DNA of 64,000 nt from Candidatus Doudnabacteria bacterium RIFCSPHIGHO2_01_FULL_46_14 (GTDB lineage: Bacteria; Patescibacteriota; Doudnabacteria; UBA920; 2-01-FULL-46-14). The notes under the pieces are model-generated. The model was not told where the DNA came from and made no database searches. It saw only the letters and a list, made by a program, of their open reading frames with translations. The stretch is taken from assembly GCA_001779925.1 (NCBI GenBank), contig MFEK01000016.1, positions 142,504-206,503 of the forward strand, in the 5' to 3' direction. Within the stretch, counting starts at the first letter, position 1; every line of letters starts with the position of its first letter. Shown piece by piece: positions 1-9,859 of the stretch. The position numbers were made by a program, and so were the translations under genes.

Positions 1-46
1 TTTAGAATACTGATTATTGAAGCTAGAATATGGAATGAGAGACAAG

Positions 47-94
47 ACCTCCTCTTTCTTCTCCCCCTCGTGTGAGGGAGAATAAGAGGGGGTT
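47..94. repeat. BoxC/triplex-like palindromic repeat (variant) directly upstream of recF
   Basis: ACCTCCTCTTTCTTCTCCCCCTCGTGTGAGGGAGAATAAGAGGGGGTT; imperfect inverted repeat related to 2384-2418. Confidence 0.75.
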
Positions 95-101
95 ATAGTT
101 T

Positions 102-1271
102 ATGCACATAAATAAAGTTAGTTTTCAAAATTTCCGCAACTTTGGCAGACTGGAATTAAAATTTAATCCTGGTTTTATCGTGCTTGCCGGGCCAAACGGC
201 ATGGGTAAAACAAATTTTTTGGAAGGGCTTTATTGGGGGGCGGTCCTGCGGCGCTTTCCAGGAACAAAACTTGGCCAGCTAATGCGCGACAATGAACTAT
301 TTTACAAAATAAATTTACAGTTTCATTCTAAAGATGAAGAAATATTAGAGATCGTTTCTGAAAGAGAGGGAGAGAAATATTCGGCCCAAGGCCGACCAGC
401 CTCGGGCTGGAAATTTACCTACAGATACAATAACCTCGCTGTGCCGCGCGCGAAATTTGCCGGTCATCTGCCAGTGATTAGCTTTTTGCCGGAAGATTTG
501 AACCTGCTCGGGCACTCACCTGCTGGACGCAGAAGATATTTAAATGAAACCCTCTCTACTACCTCTGCGGAATATCGCCGCAATCTATCAGAGTATGAAA
601 AAACTCTCAAACAGCGAAACGAGCTCCTGCAAAATCTCGAGTCAGAATCAAACAGCGGACAGGACGAGATCTGGAACGAGCGGCTGGCAGAGTACGGCAG
701 TTTGATCATCGCGGAGCGCCAAAAGTTTTTAGAATTCGTAAAAGAAAGATTCGAGGCGGCAACCACAGCGCTGTCGCCAGAATTAACCGGAAGCATGATT
801 GATTATCGTTTTTCCGGAAGCCCTGACAGGCAAGGATTTCTGGCAGAAATCAGCGGGCTGGGAGCGCGTGAAAAAGAAGCTCATGGAACTTTAATCGGCC
901 CGCATAAAGATGATTTTCGCCTCTCCTGGCTTGACCGCGAGGTGATTGGTTATGTGTCGCGCGGCCAGCTCAGAAGCTATACTTTGGCCCTAAAAATCCT
1001 GGAGCGGGAATACATAAAAGACAAGCTCTCTGCCCAGCCGGTCATGCTTCTCGACGATGTGTTTTCCGAATTTGACGAGGCTCACCAGCGCGCGCTTATT
1101 GATTTCCTGCAAACTTTTGACCAGGTATTTTTGACCACAGCACATTTGAAAGAAGTCCAACCCTTTCTCCCGGTAAATTCACAAGTGTACAATGTAAATG
1201 ACGGTACTATTATTCCCTCTCCGTTTCCGCATTTCCCTCCCCTTGAGGGGGAGGGATTAAGGGAGGGGTGA
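102..1271 (+). CDS. recF: DNA replication/repair protein RecF
   Basis: FQNFRN N-terminus, Walker A GPNGMGKTN, GPHKDD, SRGQ signature, LLDDVFSEFD Walker B; C-terminal tail is repeat-derived. Confidence 0.95.
   Translation: MHINKVSFQNFRNFGRLELKFNPGFIVLAGPNGMGKTNFLEGLYWGAVLRRFPGTKLGQLMRDNELFYKINLQFHSKDEEILEIVSEREGEKYSAQGRPASGWKFTYRYNNLAVPRAKFAGHLPVISFLPEDLNLLGHSPAGRRRYLNETLSTTSAEYRRNLSEYEKTLKQRNELLQNLESESNSGQDEIWNERLAEYGSLIIAERQKFLEFVKERFEAATTALSPELTGSMIDYRFSGSPDRQGFLAEISGLGAREKEAHGTLIGPHKDDFRLSWLDREVIGYVSRGQLRSYTLALKILEREYIKDKLSAQPVMLLDDVFSEFDEAHQRALIDFLQTFDQVFLTTAHLKEVQPFLPVNSQVYNVNDGTIIPSPFPHFPPLEGEGLREG
381..410. repeat. 30-bp double hairpin (6-3-6 + 6-3-6) in frame in recF
   Basis: TCGGCC-CAA-GGCCGA + CCAGCC-TCG-GGCTGG, exactly 10 codons (SAQGRPASGW). 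Confidence 0.75.
1232..1271. repeat. BoxC/triplex-like repeat forming the RecF C-terminus and stop codon
   Basis: TTTCCCTCCCCTTGAGGGGGAGGGATTAAGGGAGGGGTGA, identical to 1575-1614. Confidence 0.9.
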
Positions 1272-1278
1272 AAAATTT

Positions 1279-1566
1279 ATGTTCAACAGCCTCAGCAAAC
1301 TCCTTGGCGATAAATTTTCCCGCAAGGACGATCTCTCAAAGCAAATCGAGATCGTCAAGGTTTTTGACGTGTACCGCGAGGAAATGAAAAACCTCTTCCC
1401 CGAAGAAGAGATTACTGTGGTGAGCCTGAAAGACAAAACTCTTTTGATTCAGCTTAATAACTCTGTCCTGGCAAATGAACTGCGTCTGCGCGAATGGAAC
1501 ATCATCTCCAAAATCAACGCCACCATGAGCAAAGAGGTGGTAAAGAAAATTATTTATCGCTTCTAG
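1279..1566 (+). CDS. dciA: DciA/DUF721 family protein (helicase loading factor)
   Basis: 95 aa immediately after recF; pattern 'TLLIQLNNSVLANELRL...IISKIN...VKKIIYR' typical of DUF721. Confidence 0.75.
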   Translation: MFNSLSKLLGDKFSRKDDLSKQIEIVKVFDVYREEMKNLFPEEEITVVSLKDKTLLIQLNNSVLANELRLREWNIISKINATMSKEVVKKIIYRF

Positions 1567-2371
1567 TTCCCGTTTTTCCCTCCCCTTGAGGGGGAGGGAT
1601 TAAGGGAGGGGTGATGGATTCGTAGACGTATTCAAACAGTTTTTTCATAGTCTTCGCGATATTATTGTCTTCAATGATAACCGCGATTGGTTCTTTTTCT
1701 GAGAAAGACATGATCGCGGTTTTATTATCATAGACATCTATTTCTGTATCAAACGCGAATTGCTCAGGAATCAATTTCGTCTCTCGCAGGAGTTCTTTAT
1801 CGCGTGTCTGGCTTTTGCGCGACCATTCGGTGTCCGGCGCAATATCTAAACATTTGATTCCGCTTCTCGCGCGTTTTTGCAGATAATATTCTACCCACTC
1901 GTGCGGCATTTCGCGAAAGATCGCATCCGTACCGGTAAAATCGCGCAGGGTTTTTTCCTCGTTATTTATCAGTGTGTCTTCGTAGGCTTGTTTGATCCCC
2001 TCGATTCCTTCAAAAAACTGAATCCGCGGAAAAACGCTTTTTTGCCGGCGCAGGCGGGAAAGCTGCGGTAGAATGGATTTGATTTCTTTTTTTGTTTCGG
2101 AAAGATTTGATTCCAGCCGCTCTACATAGTTAATCAGGTGAGCTGGCTCAATTGACTGAAACATAAGCACGCCCTTTTCTTTGGTCTGAGACACGAGCCC
2201 GCGGTTCATGAGGGTTTTTAAAATTCCGTAAGCCGTGGTCCGGTTGATCTTGGCAAATTTCGCAATATCACGCACCCGCAGTTTTCCCTCCTCCAAAAGG
2301 AGAATAAGCACTGCGGTTTCTTTTTGATCGAGATTGAGGCTTTGGAGAATTTTATGAAGTTCAGCAATCAT
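1550..2371 (-). CDS. TrmB-family transcriptional regulator (HTH plus PLD-like C-domain)
   Basis: N-terminal HTH 'IAKFAKINRTTAYGILKTL', 'IQFFEGIEGIK', 'IDVYDNKTAIMSF'. Confidence 0.85.
   Translation of the reverse strand: MIAELHKILQSLNLDQKETAVLILLLEEGKLRVRDIAKFAKINRTTAYGILKTLMNRGLVSQTKEKGVLMFQSIEPAHLINYVERLESNLSETKKEIKSILPQLSRLRRQKSVFPRIQFFEGIEGIKQAYEDTLINNEEKTLRDFTGTDAIFREMPHEWVEYYLQKRARSGIKCLDIAPDTEWSRKSQTRDKELLRETKLIPEQFAFDTEIDVYDNKTAIMSFSEKEPIAVIIEDNNIAKTMKKLFEYVYESITPPLIPPPQGEGKTGTRSDK
1575..1614. repeat. BoxC/triplex-like repeat in the TrmB C-terminus
   Basis: Identical 40-mer to 1232-1271; read on the minus strand as ITPPLIPPPQGEGK. Confidence 0.9.
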
Positions 2372-2383
2372 GTTCAGCTATTT

Positions 2384-2418
2384 TCTCCCCCTCGTGAGGG
2401 GGAGATGAAGAGGGGGTT
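2384..2418. repeat. BoxC/triplex-like repeat in the TrmB 5' UTR
   Basis: TCTCCCCCTC-GT-GAGGGGGAGA-TGA-AGAGGGGG (hairpin plus mirror repeat). Confidence 0.85.
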
Positions 2419-2444
2419 AATTAAATTAGTGAATATATAAGGCT

Positions 2445-2473
2445 ATTATACACCTGTTGTCGAAAAATGTCAA
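2445..2473 (-). promoter_or_regulatory. sigma70 promoter of the TrmB gene
   Basis: Minus strand TTGACA-17 nt-TATAAT, perfect consensus. Confidence 0.8.
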
Positions 2474-2576
2474 CAATAGGGCTAAACCATTGACTTTTAA
2501 CCTCTTTTAATATAAGCTATAAGGTGTTTAAATTTCTAAACATAATAGCAATTTAACAATTTGAGCGGAGGAGCAC

Positions 2577-3302
2577 ATGAGTCACTTAGCAAAAGCCCAA
2601 CAGTATGTGAAAGAGATGTTTGAAGTTTGGAAAGATGATACTACAGGAAAAAGAATGAGCAGAGGGGAAAGCTGGGTCATCGGAGAGGCGATAGGTTATT
2701 TTGTACTAGGCTTTCGGGAATATCCGGCTGAGTTACTCAGTCTGACGCTGGAAATTTTGGTGAAGAATGGTGTTGATTCGCGTTATTGCCGGTGGCTCCT
2801 TGATTACGTACAGAATGGTCCATTGTTTTTCCCTGAAATCTTTGATTGGGATTCAATCGCAAAATTTGAGGACCGCCTCGCAGCACATTGGCCGTGTACC
2901 AGTCCAGCGCGCTATGTCTTTGCCCAGGAGTATTGGCTTGCCAACAGCGAAATCCAGACTGATCCATCGAGAACAATTTCCGCTCTTCACCTGAACAGTA
3001 TTGTCGGATCCATGACCACCAAGGAAGAGAAGATGTGGTACTCAGAATATTTCCACGGCGAGCACTTTCTGCTTCCTTATCCTCAGGGGATTGCTTCTAG
3101 ACTTCAGGATTTAATCCAAAGCGTGAACAAGCTGACTACGGACATAAAATCCCAAACTGCTGATCTCGCAGTTGTGACTATTCTCGTCCGGCAGAAGCGG
3201 GAAGCTGATAAAGCTTTTCTGGAAACCGTATACTACAACATCGCAAAGCCATTTCTCCGCGGAGAATCATTCCCCTACCCAGGAAGAAAAACAGAAGTTT
3301 GA
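2577..3302 (+). CDS. hypothetical protein
   Basis: 241-aa ORF with GGAGGAG SD; no recognisable motif. Confidence 0.7.
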   Translation: MSHLAKAQQYVKEMFEVWKDDTTGKRMSRGESWVIGEAIGYFVLGFREYPAELLSLTLEILVKNGVDSRYCRWLLDYVQNGPLFFPEIFDWDSIAKFEDRLAAHWPCTSPARYVFAQEYWLANSEIQTDPSRTISALHLNSIVGSMTTKEEKMWYSEYFHGEHFLLPYPQGIASRLQDLIQSVNKLTTDIKSQTADLAVVTILVRQKREADKAFLETVYYNIAKPFLRGESFPYPGRKTEV

Positions 3303-3332
3303 CATCTCTCATAGAGAAAGGAGGTGAGAAGG

Positions 3333-3701
3333 ATGATAAACAGGGTGTTTGAATTTACACATCCAGCGCTTCCCGGCGTGTCTGTATTTGCGCTTGGGAC
3401 GGAGACGGAAATCGGAAAGAGGCAGGAGGTGTTGGTTTGTATCCCGCCTAATGGCACTATTCCGCTTCACAAACACAGCGTTGATGCGGAAATGTACATT
3501 GTGCATGGTACTGCGACTTTGCTTTCTGATGATTCGGAGCTGGACGGTGCTGTTGTGGCAACCGGGACTCGTGTATTTTTCCAAAAGTCCATGAACCACG
3601 GCTTCAAGGCTGGTGACAAAGGAATGAAGTTTATTTCCCGTAATAACGGCATAGTGAATGCGGATTCGCAGAAATGGGACATCGAGTTTGCCGCCGTGTA
3701 A
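3333..3701 (+). CDS. cupin domain protein
   Basis: Motifs 'IPLHKHSVDAEMYIVHG' and 'GTRVFFQKSMNHGF'; ATG 3333 follows AAGGAGGTG. Confidence 0.85.
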   Translation: MINRVFEFTHPALPGVSVFALGTETEIGKRQEVLVCIPPNGTIPLHKHSVDAEMYIVHGTATLLSDDSELDGAVVATGTRVFFQKSMNHGFKAGDKGMKFISRNNGIVNADSQKWDIEFAAV

Positions 3702-3745
3702 AAGGCTGGGGAAAAATCGAAAACGGAGGGAGGTGATAAAAAAGC

Positions 3746-3779
3746 AAGACCGACGAATGAAACATTCGCCGGTCTTTTT
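3746..3779 (+). terminator. intrinsic terminator (likely bidirectional)
   Basis: AAGACCGACGAATG-AAA-CATTCGCCGGTCTT followed by T-run, between convergent genes. Confidence 0.6.
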
Positions 3780-3796
3780 GTTGCGAGTAGACTTGC

Positions 3797-4495
3797 TTAA
3801 GCAACGAGGTGCAGACGACGCGCAAAGCCGCGGAGTCTGATGAGCGCCCTAGCATTGGAATTCCGAGGTGTAAGGTAATACGTGCGGAATTCAATCAGTG
3901 TCAGTGATGCTGGACAGAAGATTGAGAGATCTTCGGTAAACAACCACCATAGCCAGGTTGTTGCGATAGTTGCTCCCAGATGTAGGAAATGCCAGTCGTC
4001 TTTGACGCCGAGGATAACCGGCCAAGTTTTCATGGCATCATATCTGTCAGCATTCACATCGCGCCAGTCTCCAAGTGCGTTTCTAATTGCAGTCGCTATC
4101 GCAGCGACAACAGAAAACCTGAAATCCGCAAAGGGAGATGTAAGGGCAAACACCTGTGCCCCTCGGAAAAATGGAGAAAGCAGACCCCAGCGCCCATCTT
4201 TCTTGCGAGCATATTGAATGGAACAGCAGAGATACAAGACAATCTCGTTTTGGTGATGGGCGCCAAAGTATGTCCCGCCAATGAGTACACATAAAGCCCA
4301 AGGTAGATCTCCAATCACCGGTTCTCTTCCAGGCTGTTTGTGTCGGGACTCCAGAAATGCGAGGAATCCAACATGCAGCATCACTGCACCAAATATTGGA
4401 CCAAGAGGCGCCGTCGCTGCGAACATCATTAGTATGAGGTCCACGAGCGAGTAAAGCCTGAGCTGGCCTAAATAATTCTTAAGCTTACTTTTCAT
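3797..4495 (-). CDS. UbiA-prenyltransferase-like membrane protein
   Basis: Multiple TM segments, Asp-rich 'RNALGDWRDVNADRYDAMKTWPV'; start MKSKLK follows AGGAGGT. Confidence 0.55.
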   Translation of the reverse strand: MKSKLKNYLGQLRLYSLVDLILMMFAATAPLGPIFGAVMLHVGFLAFLESRHKQPGREPVIGDLPWALCVLIGGTYFGAHHQNEIVLYLCCSIQYARKKDGRWGLLSPFFRGAQVFALTSPFADFRFSVVAAIATAIRNALGDWRDVNADRYDAMKTWPVILGVKDDWHFLHLGATIATTWLWWLFTEDLSIFCPASLTLIEFRTYYLTPRNSNARALIRLRGFARRLHLVA

Positions 4496-4620
4496 CTCGA
4501 GACCTCCTAAGTCTTTTTGAGTGTTCGAACCTGCAATAGTAATAAAAAATTCCGAAGCTGTCAATGCTTCGGAATAGAAAAGGGCACGGACCTTGAGGTC
4601 GAGTGCCCGATTCAGAGTGG

Positions 4621-5745
4621 TTATTCGACAGTCACCACGAATGCCGTGGTGAAATCATGAGTCTCGTTGTTCGCCGCGGGAGGAATCCCCACGGTAAGGA
4701 AGACAAGCTGTTCGCCGCGGCACGGACCTGTGAGTTCAAACACGCATCTGAGCTGCTCATTGAGGCGGTTCCAGCTTTGACATCCCTTGTCACGAGGTTC
4801 GAGGTCATTACCCTCAATAACTTTGACGTCCTCAAACCCCTCAGCGCGGCAGGTGATCATCATCCATTCGAGTCCAGAGCGGTTAAACTTGAGGTTTGCT
4901 GGCGGGTGGATTTGGACGCCGACGAACAGAGAATCCCCGACCTTGATTTTACTACTTGTGTGGATGACTCCCATTCGTACGGGGCCGACTTTGTCTTGCA
5001 GGCGGGCGTTAGCGTCTTTAATAAATTTCTCATAGCTTACGCTAGATTTCATACCCTGCAAGCGCTTGATCCCGGTGTTCAGAAAAGCTAGGTTTTCCGC
5101 CAGCGCGAATTCATCCATGTGTCGTACGGGGTTGTCGGACTGCAAAGCATCTCGGATAGAGGTGAGGTCGGGAAGCAGAGTGAAGTCTCCTGCCTCATGA
5201 ATGAGTTTGATGCCTCGTTTAGCCAGAAACCAGCTGCCGTCCGAATACGGATGGTCGCCTTGACCTGGATCAATTTCGCCAATGAGCTGCCGGCAGAAGT
5301 TTTGTATATTCTCAATCCGCCAGTAATCGAGATTGAAAATTGATTGCATCAGGACGGAGCTTACCTTGGCAAGCGCAAATTTGCGGTCCCCGAGATTCTC
5401 GTAGCCTTCCAAGGCGATTCGGACGGCCTCCTTCATGGCCCAGAAGCGAATTTCATTGGGTCGCGGGTGGCGGCAGCAGGACAGCAGGAGTCGTTCCGCG
5501 AATTTATTCGGATCGTTGTACATGATCAGGTCCGGCAGTCGGTTGATAATCCAGTTCACGAAATCCTTGTCAGCCGGCCAAGCCCGCGGGCCAGTGTACT
5601 TTTCCATGACCGAAACTGCTGCTTCCCATTCTTCGATTGTTCGGCCTGTATCAAAGGCTAGCTGCGGGTGTTCCTCAGCTGTTTTGATGAAACTGGACAG
5701 TGGATAGGGGCGAGCCAAAAAATGGTGTCTGTTCGAAATGTGCAT
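4621..5745 (-). CDS. hypothetical protein
   Basis: 374-aa ORF with its own promoter-like TTGACC...TAAAAT and GAGGG SD. Confidence 0.7.
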   Translation of the reverse strand: MHISNRHHFLARPYPLSSFIKTAEEHPQLAFDTGRTIEEWEAAVSVMEKYTGPRAWPADKDFVNWIINRLPDLIMYNDPNKFAERLLLSCCRHPRPNEIRFWAMKEAVRIALEGYENLGDRKFALAKVSSVLMQSIFNLDYWRIENIQNFCRQLIGEIDPGQGDHPYSDGSWFLAKRGIKLIHEAGDFTLLPDLTSIRDALQSDNPVRHMDEFALAENLAFLNTGIKRLQGMKSSVSYEKFIKDANARLQDKVGPVRMGVIHTSSKIKVGDSLFVGVQIHPPANLKFNRSGLEWMMITCRAEGFEDVKVIEGNDLEPRDKGCQSWNRLNEQLRCVFELTGPCRGEQLVFLTVGIPPAANNETHDFTTAFVVTVE

Positions 5746-5990
5746 ATACCCTCTTTCGTCCGCGCCGGGCGCGGTATTGTGAAATTCCTGTCTGAGACAG
5801 GTAGCATAATTTTAGTCGTTAGAGGCAAGTTGGTCAACCGATTAACATTCATAAAAAAACACGCCTCGGTCTCAAGGAATAAGACCGAGGCGGCGAATGT
5901 AAATATTGTCAAAGCTTCAATATTTTTTATTATTCCCAAATTAATACAAATGTATAAAATTGGGAATAAATCGAGTATGTGGCTTGGATT

Positions 5991-7412
5991 CTAGTTTGGT
6001 TCGAGGAATAATATCTCGCGGACGAATGAAAGGGGTACGGCTTTGAATAGAATCAGAAGTAATATATATATCGTGCCGCCGAGAGCGATTTCGAGGATCC
6101 ATGGAAGATTTATAAAATAAAAAAACGCAGTCATGCTGAGGATGGCTGGAATTGACTTTGCGAGAATATTGAAAGATAGCCCTTGGCCGCTCTTCTTTTT
6201 TACCAGGTTATAAGCATACAGTGCCACAACCAGTTCCGTTGCGACTGTGCCCCAGGCAGCTCCCCAATACCCAAAGTTCGGAATAAGCGTAAAATATAAA
6301 ACTAATCCCAATATTGCGCCGAGCAGGTAGCCGCGTACCATAGCGCGCTGCTCATTTACTGCCACGACTGCATAACCAAACAGCGTGCCGCAGAAAATAA
6401 TCATGACCGCAATGATGAGGATTTGCAGAAGACCTGCGCTGTCGGCAAAGCCTTGGCCGCGCTCCAGTAGATTGATGATTTCTCGGGCAAAAAATTCAAA
6501 CACAGCAATCACCAGAATGCCCATGAGAAGCAGGGCATCAAAGGATCGCTGCAAAGTTTTCTGAAATTCCGGCCAGCTGACAGAAGCCGTGCGCGAGAGA
6601 ATAGGCATAACCAAACCCACAAACATGGCCGGGAACGAGAGCAGGCCTTCGAGAAGCTTGTAGGGAAGAGAGTAAACTCCGACTGCCTCCTGCGATCTGT
6701 ACCACGAGAGGATGATCGTGTCGGTTTTGAAATATAAAAGGTTCAAAATCACGCTGAATACGAGCGGCCAGGAATCTCGGAGAATTTGTTTCCAAATTGT
6801 AAAATCAAATTCGATTCCGAATCGTTCATATTTGCGGGCCCAGAGAAAGGTCAGCAGAAAAGTGGTGGCATTGCCAAGAATCAGGGCGACTATAAAAACA
6901 GATAGCGGTAAATCGTTTTTGATTGCATAGTAAATTACTGCCAGGTTGACCACTCTGCCTAAAGTTTCGGAAACGACCACGAGATACTGCACTAGGTGTT
7001 TTTGAAAAACACCGATCAGCACCTGATTTAGCGACATAAACAATAATGCAGCAATTCCCACAAACATGGTCTTTTTCACGAGCGGATCATAGGGCAACGC
7101 CTGCGCGATCAGTGCGCCTGTTATCAGGAGTATGAGCGAAGTAGTGAGGCGCAAGCCAAAAATATTGCTGAGAATCTTTTGGTGATCAGTCCCCTCTTTT
7201 GATATTTCCCGCACTCCATAAAGGTACAGACCAAAATCCGCCAGCACTGCGAAAAATCCGAGGTAAGCAGTAATAGTCGAGTATTGCCCAAAGCCATGCT
7301 CTCGCAAATGTTGGGAGAGAACCGCGACTGTTAATAAACCGATAAGCGCGGCGAATATTTTTCCCGCGCTTTGCATGACTGTGTTATAGAAGATTCGGCG
7401 AACCGTGCTCAT
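5991..7412 (-). CDS. polysaccharide flippase (Wzx/RfbX-like, MOP superfamily)
   Basis: About 14 TM segments; 'GFGQYS', 'DFGL', 'VGVYSLPYK', 'LIPNFGYWGAA'. Confidence 0.9.
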   Translation of the reverse strand: MSTVRRIFYNTVMQSAGKIFAALIGLLTVAVLSQHLREHGFGQYSTITAYLGFFAVLADFGLYLYGVREISKEGTDHQKILSNIFGLRLTTSLILLITGALIAQALPYDPLVKKTMFVGIAALLFMSLNQVLIGVFQKHLVQYLVVVSETLGRVVNLAVIYYAIKNDLPLSVFIVALILGNATTFLLTFLWARKYERFGIEFDFTIWKQILRDSWPLVFSVILNLLYFKTDTIILSWYRSQEAVGVYSLPYKLLEGLLSFPAMFVGLVMPILSRTASVSWPEFQKTLQRSFDALLLMGILVIAVFEFFAREIINLLERGQGFADSAGLLQILIIAVMIIFCGTLFGYAVVAVNEQRAMVRGYLLGAILGLVLYFTLIPNFGYWGAAWGTVATELVVALYAYNLVKKKSGQGLSFNILAKSIPAILSMTAFFYFINLPWILEIALGGTIYILLLILFKAVPLSFVREILFLEPN

Positions 7413-7858
7413 TGTTTTTGAGCATCACTTGCTTTTTTTGTAAGTACAGAAGAGCTTTGGACTTTCTGTCCACCTACATTATAAATCATTTCAATTCCCA
7501 GCTTGCGGCACAGTTCAACTTCTGGAACAGGGTCCAGGTCTGGTCTTCTATCGCCACCGTTAAAAAAATGAGTTGGTTTAAGTCTTTCTAATTCCTTGCA
7601 GACTGACATATCAGAGGGTTTTGCTTGATGAGAGGTTATAACAACATCATCTACATACTTAGTAGCCCGTAAGACGGCTTCACGTTCCTTTTCAGGCATA
7701 AACGTAAATCCCTTTTTAGCTCGTAGCCAATTATCATTGTTTAAAATTACTAGTAATTTGCCATTATGTGCGTTTGCAAAGTGTTTCGCTTCGCGTAGCA
7801 GGTTGATGTGGCCGACATGCAGGGGATCAAACCCGCCAGAAACCGCGACAATCGTCAT
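7409..7858 (-). CDS. cytidylyltransferase family protein (TagD/RfaE-domain-II-like)
   Basis: 'SGGFDPLHVGH' HxGH motif and C-terminal 'QSSS'. Confidence 0.9.
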   Translation of the reverse strand: MTIVAVSGGFDPLHVGHINLLREAKHFANAHNGKLLVILNNDNWLRAKKGFTFMPEKEREAVLRATKYVDDVVITSHQAKPSDMSVCKELERLKPTHFFNGGDRRPDLDPVPEVELCRKLGIEMIYNVGGQKVQSSSVLTKKASDAQKQ

Positions 7859-8424
7859 TGCTTTTGTCCTTTCAATCCCCTTTGCTGGAGCGGTACTTGC
7901 TTGTAAAGATCCAGGACCTGTTTTACTACCGCGTTGGGATCAGGGATATAATCAAATTCAAATCGGGTTTTGGTACCCGCGGTCTGCACATAGACATGGC
8001 CGTAGTTAAAAAGATTCCCCAGGACGCCTTTGATCTCCGAGCTGACATCTTCGATCTGCGCAATATGGATTTCCGTGGTGGAATGGAACAGGAGATTTTT
8101 TTGATCAACGTCTACAAGCCGCTCATTGGTAATGATTTGATAATTTAAGTAGTAAAGAATCCAAATAGTCATGATTCCAGCCATGAGATACATGAGATAA
8201 ACGCTTTTTACAAAATTGGCAATTTTTACGGCCTGCGGCGTGTCCAAAATCGGGAACTCGTTTACGATAAAGCCGTCATAAAAAAATAGGATGCCGACAA
8301 ATATCAGCCAGACAAATATTTCCTTGGCCAGCACCATCCAGTGCTTCCTGGTAACCAGATAAATGCGTTCATCAGGACGCTGTCCGGGGAACAGAAAAGA
8401 TGGGGAGAGAAAATTAAATTTCAT
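7855..8424 (-). CDS. bacterial PH-domain membrane protein
   Basis: Two TM segments followed by 'IITNERLV...IEDVS...FNYGHVYVQTAG'. Confidence 0.8.
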   Translation of the reverse strand: MKFNFLSPSFLFPGQRPDERIYLVTRKHWMVLAKEIFVWLIFVGILFFYDGFIVNEFPILDTPQAVKIANFVKSVYLMYLMAGIMTIWILYYLNYQIITNERLVDVDQKNLLFHSTTEIHIAQIEDVSSEIKGVLGNLFNYGHVYVQTAGTKTRFEFDYIPDPNAVVKQVLDLYKQVPLQQRGLKGQKQ

Positions 8425-8638
8425 AAAGATTGAAATCCGGGAATGATAATGCAGAAAAATTAGCCAAAGCGGCCGCGTAAAGCGTGGTCATGATAATGGC
8501 GTAAAGCGCGCACACAGTGAGGCTGAGGATTTTTGATTTTCCGTAGTGAAGCAAAATATAGACCATAACCAGGCTATAAATCGCATGAATGCCCAGGAGG
8601 ATGTAAAAGACAGTTTGGACGATCAGTTTGATGATCAT
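8414..8638 (-). CDS. small membrane protein
   Basis: 74 aa, two TM segments, overlaps neighbours in the ruvB operon. Confidence 0.7.
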   Translation of the reverse strand: MIIKLIVQTVFYILLGIHAIYSLVMVYILLHYGKSKILSLTVCALYAIIMTTLYAAALANFSALSFPDFNLYEI

Positions 8639-9678
8639 ATTAAGGTGTTCATTTGTGATTTTTGTTGGGCGATGCCGAGGTGTTCATAAGCCAGCGCGGT
8701 CGCGACTCGGCCTTTTGGGGTGCGATCCAAAAACCCCAGGCGCATCAGGTATGGCTCGTAAATATCGGCAATGGTTTGTTCTTCCTCGCTGGTCGCGGCT
8801 GCCAAAGTGTTTATACCCACTGGTCCGCCCTGGAATTTTTCAATGAGCGCCAGCAAAATAGAGCGGTCATTGCGATCAAGGCCGAGAGCATCCACCTCCA
8901 GCATGTCGAGAGCCTGCCGGGCAAGCTCGTTGGTGATTTTGCCGTTAGAACGAACCTCGGCAAAATCGCGCACGCGCCGTAGGAGGCGGTTTGCGATTCT
9001 CGGAGTTTTGCGCGCGCGTTTGGCGATTTCTTGGCCGGCCAGAGACTCCATGCCAATGTCGAGAATTTTTGCACTGCGCGTCACAATCTTTTCAATTTCT
9101 TCTTCGCCGTAAAAATCAAGCCGCACGGTAACGCCGAAGCGATCACGAAGCGGACCGGAGAGGAGGCCGATGCGGGTGGTAGCGCCGATGATGGTAAAGC
9201 GCGGCAGATCAAGACGCACGGACCGCGCGCCCGGCCCTTTGCCGAGAACTATATCAAAAGCAAAATCTTCCATGGCCGGATAGAGAATCTCTTCCACGAC
9301 TTTGGGAAGACGGTGGATTTCGTCGATAAACAAGATGTCATTATTTTGCAGGTTGGTCAGAAGGCTGGCGAGGTCGCCCGCGCGTTCAATAGCCGGCCCA
9401 GAGGTCATTTTGATCTGCACTCCGGTTTCATTCGCGAGCACAAAGGCCAGGGTGGTTTTCCCAAGTCCCGGCGGGCCATAGAGGAGTACATGCTCGATTG
9501 GCTGTTTTCTTTTTTTGGCAGCCTCCAACAGAATCTTGAGATGCTCTTTGTTTTTCTCCTGGCCGATATAGTCACGCAAAGTTTTCGGCCGCAAAGTCAG
9601 ATCCAACCGCTCTTCTTCCGAGGCTTGCGGTTTGACTACTCTTTCTTGCTCTTTTTTTTCTGAGGTTTTCTCGATCAT
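8635..9678 (-). CDS. ruvB: Holliday junction helicase RuvB
   Basis: [35 protein letters not shown]. Confidence 0.98.
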   Translation of the reverse strand: MIEKTSEKKEQERVVKPQASEEERLDLTLRPKTLRDYIGQEKNKEHLKILLEAAKKRKQPIEHVLLYGPPGLGKTTLAFVLANETGVQIKMTSGPAIERAGDLASLLTNLQNNDILFIDEIHRLPKVVEEILYPAMEDFAFDIVLGKGPGARSVRLDLPRFTIIGATTRIGLLSGPLRDRFGVTVRLDFYGEEEIEKIVTRSAKILDIGMESLAGQEIAKRARKTPRIANRLLRRVRDFAEVRSNGKITNELARQALDMLEVDALGLDRNDRSILLALIEKFQGGPVGINTLAAATSEEEQTIADIYEPYLMRLGFLDRTPKGRVATALAYEHLGIAQQKSQMNTLI

Positions 9679-9681
9679 TGG

Positions 9682-9723
9682 TTACTCCCTCTCTTAAGTT
9701 AAGAGAGGGTAGGGTGAGTTATG
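9682..9723. repeat. BoxC/triplex-like repeat directly upstream of ruvB
   Basis: CCCTCTCTTA-AGT-TAAGAGAGGG-TA-GGGTGAG. Confidence 0.8.
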
Positions 9724-9859
9724 AATCACTAATTCAATTTTACCATTCTCAACCAGCATTGACAAAAGCCCTATTTTATGCAAAAATGGGTTGCCGCATT
9801 ATGGGACGATGTCAGCAAAGCTGGCGCGGAAACCCTGAGCGGACTTACGGAGGTATAGT

